From the NCBI RefSeq assembly GCF_021246445.1, contig NZ_JAJQXW010000002.1, positions 806,001 through 868,060 on the forward strand: a DNA stretch of 62,060 nt, written 5' to 3'. A program made the translations under genes and the position numbers. The notes below the pieces were generated by a model. That model was not told where the DNA came from. It saw only the letters and a list, made by a program, of their open reading frames with translations, and ran no database searches. This document shows, piece by piece, positions 61,142 through 62,060 of this stretch. How positions within the stretch are numbered: position 1 is the stretch's first letter; every line of letters starts with the position of its first letter. This DNA is from Rhabdothermincola salaria (GTDB taxonomy: Bacteria; Actinomycetota; Acidimicrobiia; Acidimicrobiales; Acidimicrobilacustridaceae).

Positions 61142-61927
61142 ATGACCGAGATCCCCGAACACCTCCGCAAGCGGGCCGAAGCCGCCCGTGCCAAGGCCGC
61201 CGAGAAGGCGGCCGAGGGCGACGCGCCGGCCGAGGAGGCGCCCGCCGCCTCCGAGCCGCCCAGCGGCGAGGCCAGCAAGATCCCCGCGCACCTGCTCGAG
61301 CGGTCCAAGTCGGCCAAGGCCAAGAAGGCCGGCGGCGACGCCGCTGCGCCGGCCGCCGCGGCCCCGACGGGCGGCGGAGTCGCCACCGCGGTGGCCGACG
61401 CCGCGCCACCGCCGCTGGCCACCGGCCCCGCCGGCCACACCCAGCGGCTGCTCACCGTCGTCAAGGCCGGCTCCATCCAGGACGTCAAGTCCACGCCGGT
61501 CGACAAGGTCCACACCTGGCCCCACCTGCTGGCCATCGAGTTCGTGGCCGCCCTGGTCGTGTTGGCCTTCACGTTGATCTTCTCGATCTTCGTGAACGCC
61601 CCGCTGCTCACGCTGGCCAACCTGAACGAGACGCCGAACCCCTCCAAGGCGCCCTGGTACTTCCTGGGCCTCCAGGAGCTGTTGACCATGTTCCACCCGA
61701 TGGTCGCCGGTGTGACCATCCCGGGCATGGGCATCTTCTTGCTGATCCTGGCGCCGTACATCGACAAGAACCCGTCCAACAAGCCCGAGGACCGCAAGTT
61801 CGCGGTGTCGATCTTCACGGTGCAGCTCATGTTCTGGGCGATCCTCGCCATCATCGGTTCGTTCTTCCGAGGTCCGGGGTTCAACTTCGTCGCCCCCTGG
61901 ACCGCCGGCATGTTCTTCGAGCTGTGA
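61142..61927 (+). CDS. Split cytochrome b, C-terminal (subunit IV-like) with long N-terminal extension
   Basis: WPHLL, ANLNETPNPSKAPWYFLGLQELL, PYIDKNP and GSFFRGPG motifs. Confidence 0.88.
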   Translation: MTEIPEHLRKRAEAARAKAAEKAAEGDAPAEEAPAASEPPSGEASKIPAHLLERSKSAKAKKAGGDAAAPAAAAPTGGGVATAVADAAPPPLATGPAGHTQRLLTVVKAGSIQDVKSTPVDKVHTWPHLLAIEFVAALVVLAFTLIFSIFVNAPLLTLANLNETPNPSKAPWYFLGLQELLTMFHPMVAGVTIPGMGIFLLILAPYIDKNPSNKPEDRKFAVSIFTVQLMFWAILAIIGSFFRGPGFNFVAPWTAGMFFEL

Positions 61928-61961
61928 TCCCCGCCGTGCTGTGCCAAAGGCAGGAACTCTC

Positions 61962-62060
61962 ATGAACCCTCTTGTGATCGTCATTCCCGTGGTGGTGGTG
62001 TTGGCTGCTGTGGTGGTGTTCGCGGCGTCGCGGCGTCGTGACAGCGGTGAGGCCATCGGT
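61962..62060 (+). CDS. Membrane protein N-terminus, truncated (probably the Rieske subunit)
   Basis: MNPLVIVIPVVVVLAAVVVFAASRRRD after an AGGCAGGA RBS. Identity inferred from operon context only. Confidence 0.55.
   Translation, partial: MNPLVIVIPVVVVLAAVVVFAASRRRDSGEAIG

Overview
A very GC-rich actinobacterial chromosome segment, most likely class Acidimicrobiia (inferred from gene content and style). It holds about 57 protein-coding genes. I found no rRNA, tRNA, CRISPR array, transposase or integrase. Contents in order: SDR and F420-type LLM oxidoreductases; a lipid-glycosylation locus (PIG-A-like GT4, PIG-L deacetylase, LPG-synthase-type flippase, AUR1/PAP2, GtrA); a MarR-controlled catabolic operon (two amidohydrolases, a PaaK-like ligase, a hypothetical protein); TetR/SRPBCC; a GT4-methyltransferase-'prenyltransferase-like' cluster; dtd, ABC-F, lnt, PCuAC-like, kinase, esterase, NlpC/P60; hemE-hemH-hemY; helD, a DtxR-like regulator, lhr-nei; an ECF41 module; an ndh remnant; ABC exporter, peroxiredoxin, lhgO, ppa, a degenerate GDH, photolyase, whiB; cobA/hemD-hemB-hemL; an alkyl sulfatase; a repeat-rich intergenic region; and the start of a non-canonical respiratory locus. 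The strongest candidate for an undescribed system is that last locus: a split b6-type cytochrome b with the heme-ci Cys and APWY in place of PEWY, a dicluster ferredoxin, a Rex/CRP-like box, and a helix motif ([IV]P[EA]HLxxR) shared by cytochrome c and subunit IV. Also notable are two CTGA stop/start overlaps, pervasive leaderless promoters, and several proteins lacking canonical catalytic residues. All calls come from motif recognition by eye; no database searches were run.
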